This document shows, in pieces, positions 16,385-26,999 of a stretch of DNA of 59,863 nt. The notes beneath the pieces were generated by a model, which was given only the letters and a program-made list of their open reading frames with translations, was not told where the DNA came from and did no database searches. Position numbers and translations under genes: made by a program. This DNA comes from a virus. Location of the stretch: IMG/VR virus record IMGVR_UViG_3300019477_000097; one strand, written 5' to 3'. Each line of letters opens with the position of its first letter. Positions within the stretch are counted from its first letter, which is position 1.

Positions 16385-17908
16385 ATGGCAGTATGTCAGT
16401 CAAACCGATTAGACTCGAACGCCACAGGACTCCGTTACGCTGAAGAGGAATGTTTGCGTCAGTTACCCGCCAATGTTACATGGCATGGATTGGAACCGAA
16501 CTCCTATAACGATTTCGGTGGTACTATTACCACACAGGCGCGTGAACCGATTTCAGCGTCTCGTCAGCGTGAAAAAGGCGTTGTTACAGACTTGGAAGCT
16601 TCCGGAGGTTTCCAACAAGACTTGACAATCGGTAATACTTGGCGATTGTTGCAAGGCTTTTTGTTTGCCGACGCTCGCGAACGCCCTACCACTATGCCGC
16701 TAAATGGTGCGCCTGTTGCCCTCACAGCCGCCGCAGCCGCTGACAAAAGCGTTGCCGCTGCTGCTGGCTTGGCTGGCTTTAAAAAGGGCTATATTGTGCA
16801 ATTTGGCGGCTTTACCAAAGCCGAAAACAACGTTCGCCGCACTGTTGCAGCTGACGCCAGTGCGACAAAGGTTACTTTTAAAGAAGCTGTTTCGGACGAA
16901 ACTCCGCCTGCTGGTGCGTATATCAATCACGTTGGTATCAAGTTTGATACTAGTGCGCTCAATGCCGTGATGAATGGTAAACTGTTCCAGTTGACTGGTA
17001 GTAACCTGAATACATACGGTTTTGTTCCTGGTGAATGGGTTTTCATTGGTGGTGACAACCCTACATCTCGATTTGCCAATAACACAGGCTTTGCCCGCAT
17101 CAGTGTGGTTACACCGACTGCAATTACTTTTGACAAAACAGACTTTGCCGCTCAAGCGGAAGTTGGTACTAATAAATCCATTGAGATTTATGTAGGTAGC
17201 ATTATCCGCAACGAAGCAGAACCGTCATTAATCAAACGCCGTTCATATCAACTGGAACGTTATTTGGGCAAGGACAAGGACGGCGATATGTCCGAATACC
17301 TTGTTGGAGCAGTTCCTAACGAAATGACTGTTAACGTTTCGTCTGCGGACAAAGTTACTGTTGATATGTCTTTCATGGCATTGGACAGTGAACAGCGCGA
17401 TGGTAAAGCTGGCTTGAAAGCTGGCACTCGACCAATTTCTGCTCCTGAATCCGCGTTCAATACTTCTTCGGATGTGCATCGCATTAAGCTGGCTGAAGTT
17501 GTGGACGAATCTGCAGTTAAACCGTTGTACGCTTTTGCGACAGAACTGTCAATTAGCGTTAACAACAACGTATCTGCGTCTAAAGCGATTGGTACTCTCG
17601 GTGCTATCGATACTACCGCAGGTATGTTCGAGGTCGGCGGTAACATGACCGCTTACTTTGCAGATATCTCAGCGGTTAAAGCTGTTCGTAATAACGCCGA
17701 TATTACTTTGGACATGGTTATGCTCAAACGTAACAGCGGTATGGTTTGGGATATTCCGTTGTTAACACTGGGTAACGGTCGTTTGACAGTGGAAAAAGAC
17801 CAAGCAATTATGTTGCCGTTGGATACCAATGCGGTTAAAGGTAAATTCGGTTACACGTTGCAGATTCAACGCTTTAGCTACTTGCCAAACGTAGCAGGCG
17901 GCGTGTAA
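16385..17908 (+). CDS. Putative major tail (tube) protein, large (507 aa)
   Basis: Lies upstream of the chaperone pair and the tape measure gene, and is followed by a strong terminator. Confidence 0.5.
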   Translation: MAVCQSNRLDSNATGLRYAEEECLRQLPANVTWHGLEPNSYNDFGGTITTQAREPISASRQREKGVVTDLEASGGFQQDLTIGNTWRLLQGFLFADARERPTTMPLNGAPVALTAAAAADKSVAAAAGLAGFKKGYIVQFGGFTKAENNVRRTVAADASATKVTFKEAVSDETPPAGAYINHVGIKFDTSALNAVMNGKLFQLTGSNLNTYGFVPGEWVFIGGDNPTSRFANNTGFARISVVTPTAITFDKTDFAAQAEVGTNKSIEIYVGSIIRNEAEPSLIKRRSYQLERYLGKDKDGDMSEYLVGAVPNEMTVNVSSADKVTVDMSFMALDSEQRDGKAGLKAGTRPISAPESAFNTSSDVHRIKLAEVVDESAVKPLYAFATELSISVNNNVSASKAIGTLGAIDTTAGMFEVGGNMTAYFADISAVKAVRNNADITLDMVMLKRNSGMVWDIPLLTLGNGRLTVEKDQAIMLPLDTNAVKGKFGYTLQIQRFSYLPNVAGGV

Positions 17909-17913
17909 AATAC

Positions 17914-17945
17914 AAGGACGGCACAACGCCGTCCTTTTTAATATT
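17914..17945 (+). terminator. Rho-independent terminator
   Basis: aaggacggc / gccgtcctt gives a 9-bp stem with a 5-nt loop, followed by TTTAATATTTT. Confidence 0.85.
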
Positions 17946-17958
17946 TTGGAGATATCAA

Positions 17959-18378
17959 ATGTCATTATACAGTCAATTTGGAACAGACAAAACAGTTGAA
18001 AAAGAGGGTGTATTCCTTCAATACGGTACTACCAAAGACGGTAAACCAATTCAAATCAAAATCTGCCGTGCCGGTGGCGCAAACACTGCTTACAACCGCG
18101 CAATGGAAGCCAAGACTAAACCATACCGTCGCCAGTTACAAAACGGCACTTTAGACTTGGAAGTTATGAATTCCATTTTGCGTGAAGTGTATGCTGATAC
18201 TGTGGTTATCGGCTGGTCAAATATTGATGGCGCGGACGGTAAACCTATGCCTTTCAACCGCGATAATGTCATCAAACTGTTTACGGACTTGCCAGAACTG
18301 TTTGCAGACGTTCAAGAACAGGCGACTAACCTTGCATTGTTCCGCGTCGAAATTAACGAGCAAGACGCAAAAAACTAA
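17959..18378 (+). CDS. Tail assembly chaperone (gpG-like)
   Basis: 139 aa, immediately upstream of the tape-measure region. It ends in a slippery A_AAA_AAC heptamer. Confidence 0.7.
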   Translation: MSLYSQFGTDKTVEKEGVFLQYGTTKDGKPIQIKICRAGGANTAYNRAMEAKTKPYRRQLQNGTLDLEVMNSILREVYADTVVIGWSNIDGADGKPMPFNRDNVIKLFTDLPELFADVQEQATNLALFRVEINEQDAKN

Positions 18379-18707
18379 AAGACGTCCTGCTCTACCAGTT
18401 GGAGCAGGGCGCGACTGAACAAGCTATCTTGCGTCAGTGCGCTCAATTAAAACTTCCAATACCGGACGCCATTGCAAATGCACCTATTCTTACGGAAGGA
18501 CTAGAGTTGTATTTCATGGCGTTTTTAGATTTAACAACGTGTCGAAGTTACGGTATGTCTGAGGGTCCGATTCCTTGGACTGCGATACGAGATTGGGCTG
18601 CGTACAATAAGTTATCTGCTTATCAAACGGACGACTTATTTTACATGGTGCGAGAAATGGATAATGCGTATTTAGATTACCGTGCTAAACAACAGAAAAA
18701 GAAATGA
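17959..18707 (+). CDS. Tail assembly chaperone frameshift product (gpGT-like, -1 shift at 18369..18375)
   Basis: The -1 frame is open from 18357 to 18707 and has no ATG start (the track shows a TTG at 18399). A slippery A AAA AAC sits in the zero frame just before the stop at 18376. Confidence 0.6.
18369..18375 (+). other. Programmed -1 ribosomal frameshift heptamer A_AAA_AAC
   Basis: X_XXY_YYZ heptamer in the frame of 17959..18378, overlapped by the open -1 frame. Confidence 0.6.
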
Positions 18708-19123
18708 ACTTAGACCAATTTGCAAAACGTATGCGTGAAACGGCGGACGAAGTTGAAAAAGGTGCGAGCCGTATCATGAAAAAGGTGGCAGGCGATGTCC
18801 ATGCCCATGTGGTTACTGCGACACCCGTTTTGACAGGTAAAGCGCGTTCAAACTGGATTGTTAGTATTGGTACGGGCGTTGAAAGCATTATTGAAACTTA
18901 TGGTCGGGATGCCGCTATTCCTGGCGCATTAAACGCAGCGACAGCGGTTATCTCGGCTCACTCTGGAACTAAACCAATCTATATCCAAAACAATGTGGAT
19001 TATATCGTTAAACTTAATGAGGGTAGCAGTAGACAAGCTCCATCCAATTATGTTTTACGAGCGACAGAAGTAGCATTAAACTCGATACAGACAAATTCAA
19101 AGATTCTCTTAAAGGCGTTCTAA
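18704..19123 (+). CDS. HK97 gp10-like tail/neck component
   Basis: TPVLTGKARSNW and YIVKLNEGSSRQAP match the HK97 gp10 family pattern (recalled). Its position between the chaperones and the tape measure is unusual. Confidence 0.55.
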   Translation: MNLDQFAKRMRETADEVEKGASRIMKKVAGDVHAHVVTATPVLTGKARSNWIVSIGTGVESIIETYGRDAAIPGALNAATAVISAHSGTKPIYIQNNVDYIVKLNEGSSRQAPSNYVLRATEVALNSIQTNSKILLKAF

Positions 19124-22100
19124 ATGGCAAACGAAAACATCAAGATTGTTATTAGCGAAAGTGGTTCTCGTGTTGTCATCCGTAACATCAGAGACATTGC
19201 AGATTCTGCTGAAAATGCTGCCAAAAGCAGCGGCAAGATGAATAACTCTTTGGATAAAAGTAATAACCACAATTTTGGAAAATTGCGTTCTGAGTTTGGC
19301 AAGTTAGACAATTCGTTAACAAGAACTGTCTATAAAATACGCCAGATGATGACATTGTTTGCCGCGTTTGCAGGTACGACAATCAGCACTGGTGCAATCG
19401 TGAAAGCAATGGACAGCTATACTAACTTGCAAAACAGACTGAAGCTGGTTGCGGATAGTCAAGCGCAAGTTAACCAGCTGACAAAAGAGATGTTTGATAT
19501 TGCCAAGCGAAGCCGTGCGTCTGTTGAGGATACCGCAGTCGCTTTTAGCCGTTTTGACTTGGCTTTAAAATCTGTTGGACGTAGTCAAAAAGACAGTTTA
19601 ATGGTGACTGAAACTGTCAACAAAATGATTGCAATGTCCGGTAAGGGTAGCCAAGAGGCGGGCGCAGCTTTGCTTCAGTTATCACAAGCATTCTCAAAAG
19701 GTAAACTGGACGGTGATGAATTCCGTACCGTTGCTGAAACTATGCCTTTGCTTATGGACGCCATTGCGAAGAAGATGGGTGTTACTCGTGGCGAATTGTT
19801 GGAATTGCGTAAACAAGGCAAGTTAACGCTGGACGTCATGATTGAAGCTATTCGTGACGCTCAACCAGAAGTGGACAAACAGTTTTCCGGCTATAAAATG
19901 CGCGTGTCCGACGCTCTGACGGAACTCAAAAACCAATGGATTAAATTCTGGGGTGAACTCGATTCTAAAGTCGGCATTAGTTCTGGTATCGCCAATGCCT
20001 TATTGTGGTTAAGTCGGAACTTGAAACTGGTCGCTGCTATCGGTACGGTTGCGTTTCTTGGTTTAGCAGCTGCAATTTCTGGTCCAGTTATTAGTGCGTT
20101 TTCATCTTTAGCTGCTTATATTGTAGCTAATCCTTATCTTGCATTAGGTGCAGCTATTGCTGGTATCATAACTTACTTCTTGCTAATGGAAGATGAGTTA
20201 CGAAACAGTCAAGGTGTTATTGCTGATACAGGAACGTTCTTTTTAGATATGCTTGACGCTGTTGGTGCAGGCTGGGCAATGCTATATGACTTAGTCTATC
20301 AAACATTAACAGATATCGACATTACAACTGATAAAAGTGTTAATAAACAAACTAGCTTGTTTCAAGATTACTTCAAAACAACAGACTCTGGTTTTTGGGG
20401 TTTGCTGGAAACGGTTGGTAAAGTGTATGACATGATTGGTTCTGTAATTGCAGCTACATTGCATTATGTCATTTATAACATTGGTGTTGATTTCGATAAT
20501 CTGAACGCTAAGGTTATGAAAAGCGGTAAAGCTATTATCCAATGGTTTAACGATACCGTAGGTCCTACTTTAAAATTGAGTGGTTTCGATAATTCGTTTG
20601 CTAATGCAAATACAACTCCAGTTCCATATAAACAAAACGACACTTTCGAGCAATCCTTGTTGAAAAGCCAATCAACTTGGATGGAAGATATGATTAAAAA
20701 TGCGGCAGCTAGTCGTAAAGAAGCCCAAGCCCAAGAAAAATTGGCGCGTGATTCTAATGGTAAATTAGGTAAGATTGAAGATATTCTCCGTAAAGATAAT
20801 CCTGAAATTGCTAAGAAAATTGCAGACCTGAACCGTCAAGCGGAAGCTAAAAAAGCTGCTAAAGGCGGTCGTGTGGGTAAATCTGAAAGCCAAACATTTG
20901 CGGAAAAGACTGCTGAATTTGCGGAAAAGAACGCCCGTGCTTTGGATAAATATACAGGCGATTGTGCTAAGTATATCAATAATGCTGTGCAAGCGTTTGC
21001 CAAAAACTATAAACGCGCTGGCAGTGGCATCAATGTCGCTAGAAACGCGGTGGCGACAGGTAAATATAAATGGGTCAAATTTGACGAGAACTATACACCA
21101 CAAGTAGGTGACATTCAATCCATGTCCTCTTGGACTCAATTAGGACGTGTGCATGGACACAGTTCTATGTTCACTAAGAGTGGTTGGGTATCCGACGCTA
21201 AACAAAAAACCTATGGCGACGGTCGTATTGGTGCGGCAAGTTACAACCAATACAACAAGCTGAAAAACGGTATCGGTCAATTGATGATTGCTCGTCCTAT
21301 TGATTCTAAAGTGGACAACCGCACTTATAACAAGATTTACGAAAAACAAGAGAAAGCTCTTGAGAAGCAGATTGACTATTACAACCAAATTATTGAGAAA
21401 ACCGAGAAGGAAATCCAGAACCTGACCCTTGTGGGTAACGCGCGTCTTGCTGACGTGAAAACAATGGAGATGATGGACGCCCTTAAACAGCACGATGTGG
21501 ATTTAACCACAGAACAGGTTGCAAAAGTAGCGGAATTGGCTTTGAAGTATGAGGAAGCTAAGGTTGCCCAAGAACTTCGTGAAGTTGCAGAAGGCCGTGA
21601 AAAAGAGTTGACACACTTACGCGCTATTACCATCGAAGAAAAAGCTATTGCTGCGTTCAATGATTACATTGCAAGTAAACGTAAGGAAGGCATCTTCTAT
21701 ACAGATGAACAATTAGCAAAACTGCGTGAAGAAAGCATTGAACACGCTAAGATTCTGGAATTAGAACAAGCTAAACTGAACGTTCATAAATCCCAAGTAG
21801 CCGAAGTTGAAAAACTACGCATGGAACAACAGGCTATTATGGAAATGATGGCTTCGGGGGAAATTGGTGGTCAATATGCTGGTCGTAAGATGTTGGCAAA
21901 TCAAACAGCTATCGGACGTGCTAATCAAGCGCAAGGTTTAACCGCTGATGGTTCTCCTATGGGTAATTCATGGCAGGAAGTATTCGGCGCGATTATGCTT
22001 GGTAAAGACCAACTGCTGGAAGGATATACAGGTACTTTGAATGACCTTACAGACCAGTTCGGTACATTCTTCACTAACATTCAAGACGGTTTTGCGGACT

Positions 22101-22831
22101 CCATTGGTAAAGCTATTGTTCAAGGCGATAACTTGGGCGAAAGTCTTAAAAACGCTGCTAAACAGGGTTTGCAAAGTTTGATTTCAGGTTTGGTTAAACT
22201 CGGTACTCAATGGGTTATCACTCAACTCTTGATGTCAACTACAAGTAAATCAGCCGGTACTGCTGCAACCACACAAGGCACGGCACAAGCTGCGAGCCTT
22301 ACAAGTGCATACGCGCCCGCTGCAACCTTAGCGAATACCGCTACATTCGGTAGCGCGTCAGCAGCAGGTATGGCAGGCATGATGGCGGTTGTTGCACTGG
22401 CCGCCGCGTTGCCCGCTATGCTGGGTAAAGGGTTTATGACAGGTGGTTATACAGGTTCAATGGCTACTGACCAGATTGCTGGCGTTGTACACGGTCAAGA
22501 GTATGTATTTGATGCAGATGCAACTCGACGAATTGGTGTTCATAACTTGGAAGCTTTGCGAAATGGTAATTTATCATTACCCGCAACATCTTCCAAAGGT
22601 GGCACTTCTGGTTCTGGTGTTAACATTACTATCCAAAACTATGCAAGCGGTGTAACACACGAAGTAGAACAAATTGACGAAGAGAACATTCGCATTATCG
22701 CCAGACAGGAAGCTCAAGCTGTGGTTAGCAGACAAGCAGGTCGTGTAGTTGCAGGAGAACTGGCTAATCCGAACAGCCCTGTATCCAAAGCAATGTCCAA
22801 TAACATTCAAGCTAAAAGGAAAACGTCATGA
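19124..22831 (+). CDS. Tail tape measure protein (1235 aa) with an internal CHAP/NlpC-P60-like segment
   Basis: Supported by size, coiled-coil content, TM-like hydrophobic segments and position. An internal Cys...His segment is GDCAKYINNAV...RVHGHSSMF (about 20941..21230). Confidence 0.85.
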   Translation: MANENIKIVISESGSRVVIRNIRDIADSAENAAKSSGKMNNSLDKSNNHNFGKLRSEFGKLDNSLTRTVYKIRQMMTLFAAFAGTTISTGAIVKAMDSYTNLQNRLKLVADSQAQVNQLTKEMFDIAKRSRASVEDTAVAFSRFDLALKSVGRSQKDSLMVTETVNKMIAMSGKGSQEAGAALLQLSQAFSKGKLDGDEFRTVAETMPLLMDAIAKKMGVTRGELLELRKQGKLTLDVMIEAIRDAQPEVDKQFSGYKMRVSDALTELKNQWIKFWGELDSKVGISSGIANALLWLSRNLKLVAAIGTVAFLGLAAAISGPVISAFSSLAAYIVANPYLALGAAIAGIITYFLLMEDELRNSQGVIADTGTFFLDMLDAVGAGWAMLYDLVYQTLTDIDITTDKSVNKQTSLFQDYFKTTDSGFWGLLETVGKVYDMIGSVIAATLHYVIYNIGVDFDNLNAKVMKSGKAIIQWFNDTVGPTLKLSGFDNSFANANTTPVPYKQNDTFEQSLLKSQSTWMEDMIKNAAASRKEAQAQEKLARDSNGKLGKIEDILRKDNPEIAKKIADLNRQAEAKKAAKGGRVGKSESQTFAEKTAEFAEKNARALDKYTGDCAKYINNAVQAFAKNYKRAGSGINVARNAVATGKYKWVKFDENYTPQVGDIQSMSSWTQLGRVHGHSSMFTKSGWVSDAKQKTYGDGRIGAASYNQYNKLKNGIGQLMIARPIDSKVDNRTYNKIYEKQEKALEKQIDYYNQIIEKTEKEIQNLTLVGNARLADVKTMEMMDALKQHDVDLTTEQVAKVAELALKYEEAKVAQELREVAEGREKELTHLRAITIEEKAIAAFNDYIASKRKEGIFYTDEQLAKLREESIEHAKILELEQAKLNVHKSQVAEVEKLRMEQQAIMEMMASGEIGGQYAGRKMLANQTAIGRANQAQGLTADGSPMGNSWQEVFGAIMLGKDQLLEGYTGTLNDLTDQFGTFFTNIQDGFADSIGKAIVQGDNLGESLKNAAKQGLQSLISGLVKLGTQWVITQLLMSTTSKSAGTAATTQGTAQAASLTSAYAPAATLANTATFGSASAAGMAGMMAVVALAAALPAMLGKGFMTGGYTGSMATDQIAGVVHGQEYVFDADATRRIGVHNLEALRNGNLSLPATSSKGGTSGSGVNITIQNYASGVTHEVEQIDEENIRIIARQEAQAVVSRQAGRVVAGELANPNSPVSKAMSNNIQAKRKTS

Positions 22832-23334
22832 GTCGCTTGGAAGAGTTCTTTCTTAAAGGTCGTAAAGATGTTGTATATGTAGAGACTATTGAGATTATTC
22901 ATAGTCATTTTACAAAGCCTTTGAGAATTGTCCGTAACGTTACAAACGGCTGGACGGCTAAACTTGCCAACGGGGACGCGAATAGGGTACAATTTGATTA
23001 CTTTCCCCTCAAGCTCGAAGTAGGTAGCAGTAAAACAGACTTGGATCAAACCTTGAATATTACCATCGGCGATTTAGGCGAGGTATTACCCCAAGAACTG
23101 GAACGGGCTTTTGAAAACGAAGGAATGCTGGCAAAACCTATTCTTAAGTATCGTTGTTATGCTAGTGATGACCCTGACTTTGTGTTGTATGGACCGATAA
23201 CCTTGCAGATTGATAGCTTCAACTACGACCAGCAAGGCACGACTTTCCAAGCAACCGCGCCTAATGTGAACAAATCCAAAACAGGGGAATTGTACTCAAC
23301 TGTAAGATTTCCGTTCCTCAAGAGTTTGCTATGA
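22828..23334 (+). CDS. Minor/distal tail protein
   Basis: Lies directly after the tape measure gene, with an overlapping ATGA junction. Confidence 0.55.
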   Translation: MSRLEEFFLKGRKDVVYVETIEIIHSHFTKPLRIVRNVTNGWTAKLANGDANRVQFDYFPLKLEVGSSKTDLDQTLNITIGDLGEVLPQELERAFENEGMLAKPILKYRCYASDDPDFVLYGPITLQIDSFNYDQQGTTFQATAPNVNKSKTGELYSTVRFPFLKSLL

Positions 23335-23696
23335 CATTGGACGATTTGCTCAATAAGCAATATGATAAAATGAATTACAACTGCTTCCATTTTATGATGG
23401 AAGCATTTGAATATTTTTACGGCGTTGATATTAGCGAACAATTTAATAAGTTCTTAGAAGAGGGTATGACCACACGCCGACAAACAACTATGTTTCACAA
23501 GTGTGGTTATAAGGAAGCTCAAATTGTCCTGATAAACTATTGGGACGGACTTCACTGCGGTTTAATGGTTCACGGACGTTTGTTGCACATAACAGACGAA
23601 TACAATGTTAAATGGGAACCTTTAGAACAGGTTTCAATTTTTGCTTATAAGATAAGATATTATGAATACAATCAAAATCCTGCTCAACCCATTTGA
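23331..23696 (+). CDS. Small tail-module protein with weak NlpC/P60-like Cys/His pattern
   Basis: NYNCFHF ... GLHCGLMVHGRLLH. It occupies the position analogous to lambda K. Confidence 0.45.
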   Translation: MTLDDLLNKQYDKMNYNCFHFMMEAFEYFYGVDISEQFNKFLEEGMTTRRQTTMFHKCGYKEAQIVLINYWDGLHCGLMVHGRLLHITDEYNVKWEPLEQVSIFAYKIRYYEYNQNPAQPI

Positions 23697-26601
23697 ACAA
23701 AGTGAATACGAAGTTCATAAAACAGACAAACCTGTTGCGGAATACTTGTCAACTTTGTGGGATACTTTTCCGCAAGACGCCCACTTGTTTCATAAAAGCG
23801 TATCTGCTGAAAACGATGTTACCCCTTTTGACACCAACAGCATAAACGCCGTAAACGAGCTTACAGGCGAGTTTTATGTAGTGGTAGTACCTAAAGCCGC
23901 AGTGGCTGCTTTTATGGCCGCCTATGGTGCGTATGTGGCTATTGCGGTAGCTGTTGTAGCTGCTGTTGTTGTAGCTACAATGGCAAAAAATATTCCCAAT
24001 GCCGCAGCCTTAGCAAATAGCACCAATCAGTCCGGTAATAACGAATTATCTCAACGTACAAATAAAGCGCGCGTCTGGAAACGTATTCCTGATATTTACG
24101 GAACTGTATTGTCTGTCCCTGACCTTATCTCTAATCCGTATAAAATCTTTGATAACCACATTGAACGCGAGTTCTCCTTAATGGCTATCGGTAGAGGTAA
24201 ATACCACATTGCTAACTTAGCGGACATTAAAGACGACACTACACCTATCCAAGAGATTGATGGTGCTAGTGTGGAAGTTTATGAACCATTCAACTTGACA
24301 ACTCCACAATACCGTGTGGGTAAACCAATCGACCAACAATTCTATAACCTTAAACGTTCTAACAGTGTCAACGGTCAAGTTTTGAAACCTTACAAGGGCG
24401 CGTCCTACGAGGGTGAGCGCGGAATGCTGATTAACCGCGACGGAACAATCCGCATTCCTGATAACCGTGCTTCATTGTGGTTAAGACTGGCTGGTGGCAG
24501 AAACACTAACCTTGATATGCCTGGATTCCGTGGTGGTAGTAAAGTAGACCTTAAAGCCATTGTTCGTGAAGTAGTGGATATCCCGACTCAAGGTGTTAAA
24601 TTTAATCCTGAGAATAATGCGCTTATGTTCTATGGAGATGAAACTAAACTAGAACGGATTAAAGCCTTAAGATCTGGTAGCACAATTTATCTCAACAGTC
24701 GATTTATCACTAAGGTTGTAAATAATCAATCCTATACCGCTGGCTGTTCAGGATTCTTTACTGTTAAATCTGTATCCGCTGTTTTTGGTCGTAAGCGTGA
24801 TAAATGGTGGTTGCAGAATAACGCTTTCTTAGGTTATCGTGTTGAAGTACAGGAAGCTGTTTCAGTTAGCAAAAGCATTAAATATCCTTATGAAACTTTA
24901 GAACTTAAACAGTCCAACTTCAGCGCAGACTTGTCAGGTCGCTATGAAGTCCTTTCAAATGTCAATAATGTCCTTACACTCAAAGACCCTGTCAGAGTTA
25001 ATGCGGCATGGGCGACATTGCCCGCCGCACCTGTGCAGACTGTGGGTAAAGCAAGCATCAGGGATATTGAAACGGAAGTCATCGGTCCGTTTGTATGTGA
25101 CCATGCCGGTACTACTCAGATTATCGCCAATATTGTTGCAATGAGTGGTCTATATTCGCGCAATAATGACGGTGACCGCGCTCTTAATGTGGAAGTAACC
25201 CTCAAAGCAATGCAAGTGGACAATCAGGGTAACATCGTAGGCGATACTTATGAGACAAGTGGCGTTGTTCAAGGTAAAGAGAAGTGGCAAGGTACACGCG
25301 CGTTGACGCTAAGACTTACCGTCCCCAAAGGTCGTTACAAAGTGTTATGTTACAGAACAACACCTACAAACGAAAACTTTGAAGGAACTTGGGTAGATGA
25401 GATTAAGTGGCGAGACCTGTATTATGGTTCCGAACTGGACATTGGTAATCCAGGTGATATTACTATTGTCAAGTCTATCACAAATGGTACGGACGGCGCA
25501 CTGGCGGTTAAAGACCGCAAATTAAATCTTGTGGTTACTAGAATGTTGCCGCAAAGAATCGGCACAAGAGAGTTCAGCACTACTTTGCATCCGACAAATT
25601 ATGCCGCAGATATCTTTTGTGCTATTTGCTTAGACCCTAAGAACGGCGGTCGCACAATAGACGAGATTGATGTTGAGGGTATTTATGACACCTACGACAA
25701 GATTAAAAGCTATTTTGGCATATCGGACGCTGTTGAATTTGGATACACATTTGATGATGAGGATATGTCATTTGAGGAAATGATTCAATCTGTTGCGGAT
25801 GCCACATTTGCAACCGCTTACCGCACGGGCGAAAAGATTAAAATTGCTTCGGATACCAATGACAAGCTTCCTGTGATGATTTTCAACCATCGTAACAAGA
25901 TTCCAGGAAGCGAAACGCGAAGTATTAAGTTCGGCACTCAAAACGACTATGACGGTATCCAATACAAATACATTGACCCACAAGACGGTTCACAAACCAT
26001 TTATATGATTCCAGAAGATGGTTCAGCGCGTAAATACCAAAGCATTGAATCCTTAGGCGTTCGTAACCACAGGCAGGCGTATTTGCACGCTTGGCGGCTG
26101 TATAATATGCAACGCTACAAACGAATAAGCGTCAAATTCAAAAGCCTTGCTGAAGCAGATTTGTTAGTTATCAATGACCGCATTGCAGTAGCAGATAACA
26201 CACGCGCCGCTTATTCAGAAGGCGAAGTGATTAAACAAGATGGTCTTAAAGTGTGGTTATCGGGAGAGGTAGTAGCCACCGCAGGTAATTATATCTTCTT
26301 CCAACACTGGAATAAGACAACCGAGTCTATCAAAATCACTAAGGTTGAGGGTAATGTAATCACGTTGGAACGCGCCCCTAGTCTTCAGTTAGCTGCGGAC
26401 GATTTAAACTACGTCAACTCGATGTATATCATTGAAGCAAGTGATAAAATTAGCCGTAACAAACAGTTCATACTTCAGGAGAAAAGCCCTGAGGACGATA
26501 TGCAAGTTGAAGTAAAAGCTATCAACTATGATGAACGATATTATGATAATGACCACGATTACATGAACGGTAATAATCCGTATTCAGGTAAGGTGATATA
26601 A
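23662..26601 (+). CDS. Central tail fiber / host-specificity (gpJ-like) protein
   Basis: 979 aa, in the position after the minor tail genes. Confidence 0.6.
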   Translation: MNTIKILLNPFEQSEYEVHKTDKPVAEYLSTLWDTFPQDAHLFHKSVSAENDVTPFDTNSINAVNELTGEFYVVVVPKAAVAAFMAAYGAYVAIAVAVVAAVVVATMAKNIPNAAALANSTNQSGNNELSQRTNKARVWKRIPDIYGTVLSVPDLISNPYKIFDNHIEREFSLMAIGRGKYHIANLADIKDDTTPIQEIDGASVEVYEPFNLTTPQYRVGKPIDQQFYNLKRSNSVNGQVLKPYKGASYEGERGMLINRDGTIRIPDNRASLWLRLAGGRNTNLDMPGFRGGSKVDLKAIVREVVDIPTQGVKFNPENNALMFYGDETKLERIKALRSGSTIYLNSRFITKVVNNQSYTAGCSGFFTVKSVSAVFGRKRDKWWLQNNAFLGYRVEVQEAVSVSKSIKYPYETLELKQSNFSADLSGRYEVLSNVNNVLTLKDPVRVNAAWATLPAAPVQTVGKASIRDIETEVIGPFVCDHAGTTQIIANIVAMSGLYSRNNDGDRALNVEVTLKAMQVDNQGNIVGDTYETSGVVQGKEKWQGTRALTLRLTVPKGRYKVLCYRTTPTNENFEGTWVDEIKWRDLYYGSELDIGNPGDITIVKSITNGTDGALAVKDRKLNLVVTRMLPQRIGTREFSTTLHPTNYAADIFCAICLDPKNGGRTIDEIDVEGIYDTYDKIKSYFGISDAVEFGYTFDDEDMSFEEMIQSVADATFATAYRTGEKIKIASDTNDKLPVMIFNHRNKIPGSETRSIKFGTQNDYDGIQYKYIDPQDGSQTIYMIPEDGSARKYQSIESLGVRNHRQAYLHAWRLYNMQRYKRISVKFKSLAEADLLVINDRIAVADNTRAAYSEGEVIKQDGLKVWLSGEVVATAGNYIFFQHWNKTTESIKITKVEGNVITLERAPSLQLAADDLNYVNSMYIIEASDKISRNKQFILQEKSPEDDMQVEVKAINYDERYYDNDHDYMNGNNPYSGKVI

Positions 26602-26999
26602 TGGATAAATTAAAACTTCAAGCAGATAGCAGTTCTTACAGTGTGCAGTTCGCCAATGAAAACACCGTTGTCAAATTGGACGGCGGTGCTAGTCGCGTCC
26701 GCAAGACTATGATTAAAGGGACGCACACTGTCAACGTTACGCTTAAATTGAACCCTAAGTCCTATGAATACTTTATGGCATTTTACCGTAAATCCACTTC
26801 TAACGGTGCTAAAAAGTTTTTAATGGACTTAATCATTGACGGTTTAAAGGACGAATATGTTTGCGTTATGTTGCCCAATACATTACAATTACAATCACAA
26901 ACAGGTAACAGTTACGTCATTGCATTTAACGTTGAAGCAGAACCAAAAGAACACAATGACGCGGACGATGAACGTATCATAGCAGGATTTAAACCGTGA
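26601..26999 (+). CDS. Tail fiber-associated protein; paralog of the N-terminal 125 aa of 26996..30361
   Basis: By-eye alignment: SSSY.V.F......L.GGASRVRK......H..NV...LN...Y.Y.MAFYR.....GA..FLMDLI.D .... NT.QL..Q.G..Y.I.F.VEAEP. Confidence 0.65.
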   Translation: MDKLKLQADSSSYSVQFANENTVVKLDGGASRVRKTMIKGTHTVNVTLKLNPKSYEYFMAFYRKSTSNGAKKFLMDLIIDGLKDEYVCVMLPNTLQLQSQTGNSYVIAFNVEAEPKEHNDADDERIIAGFKP

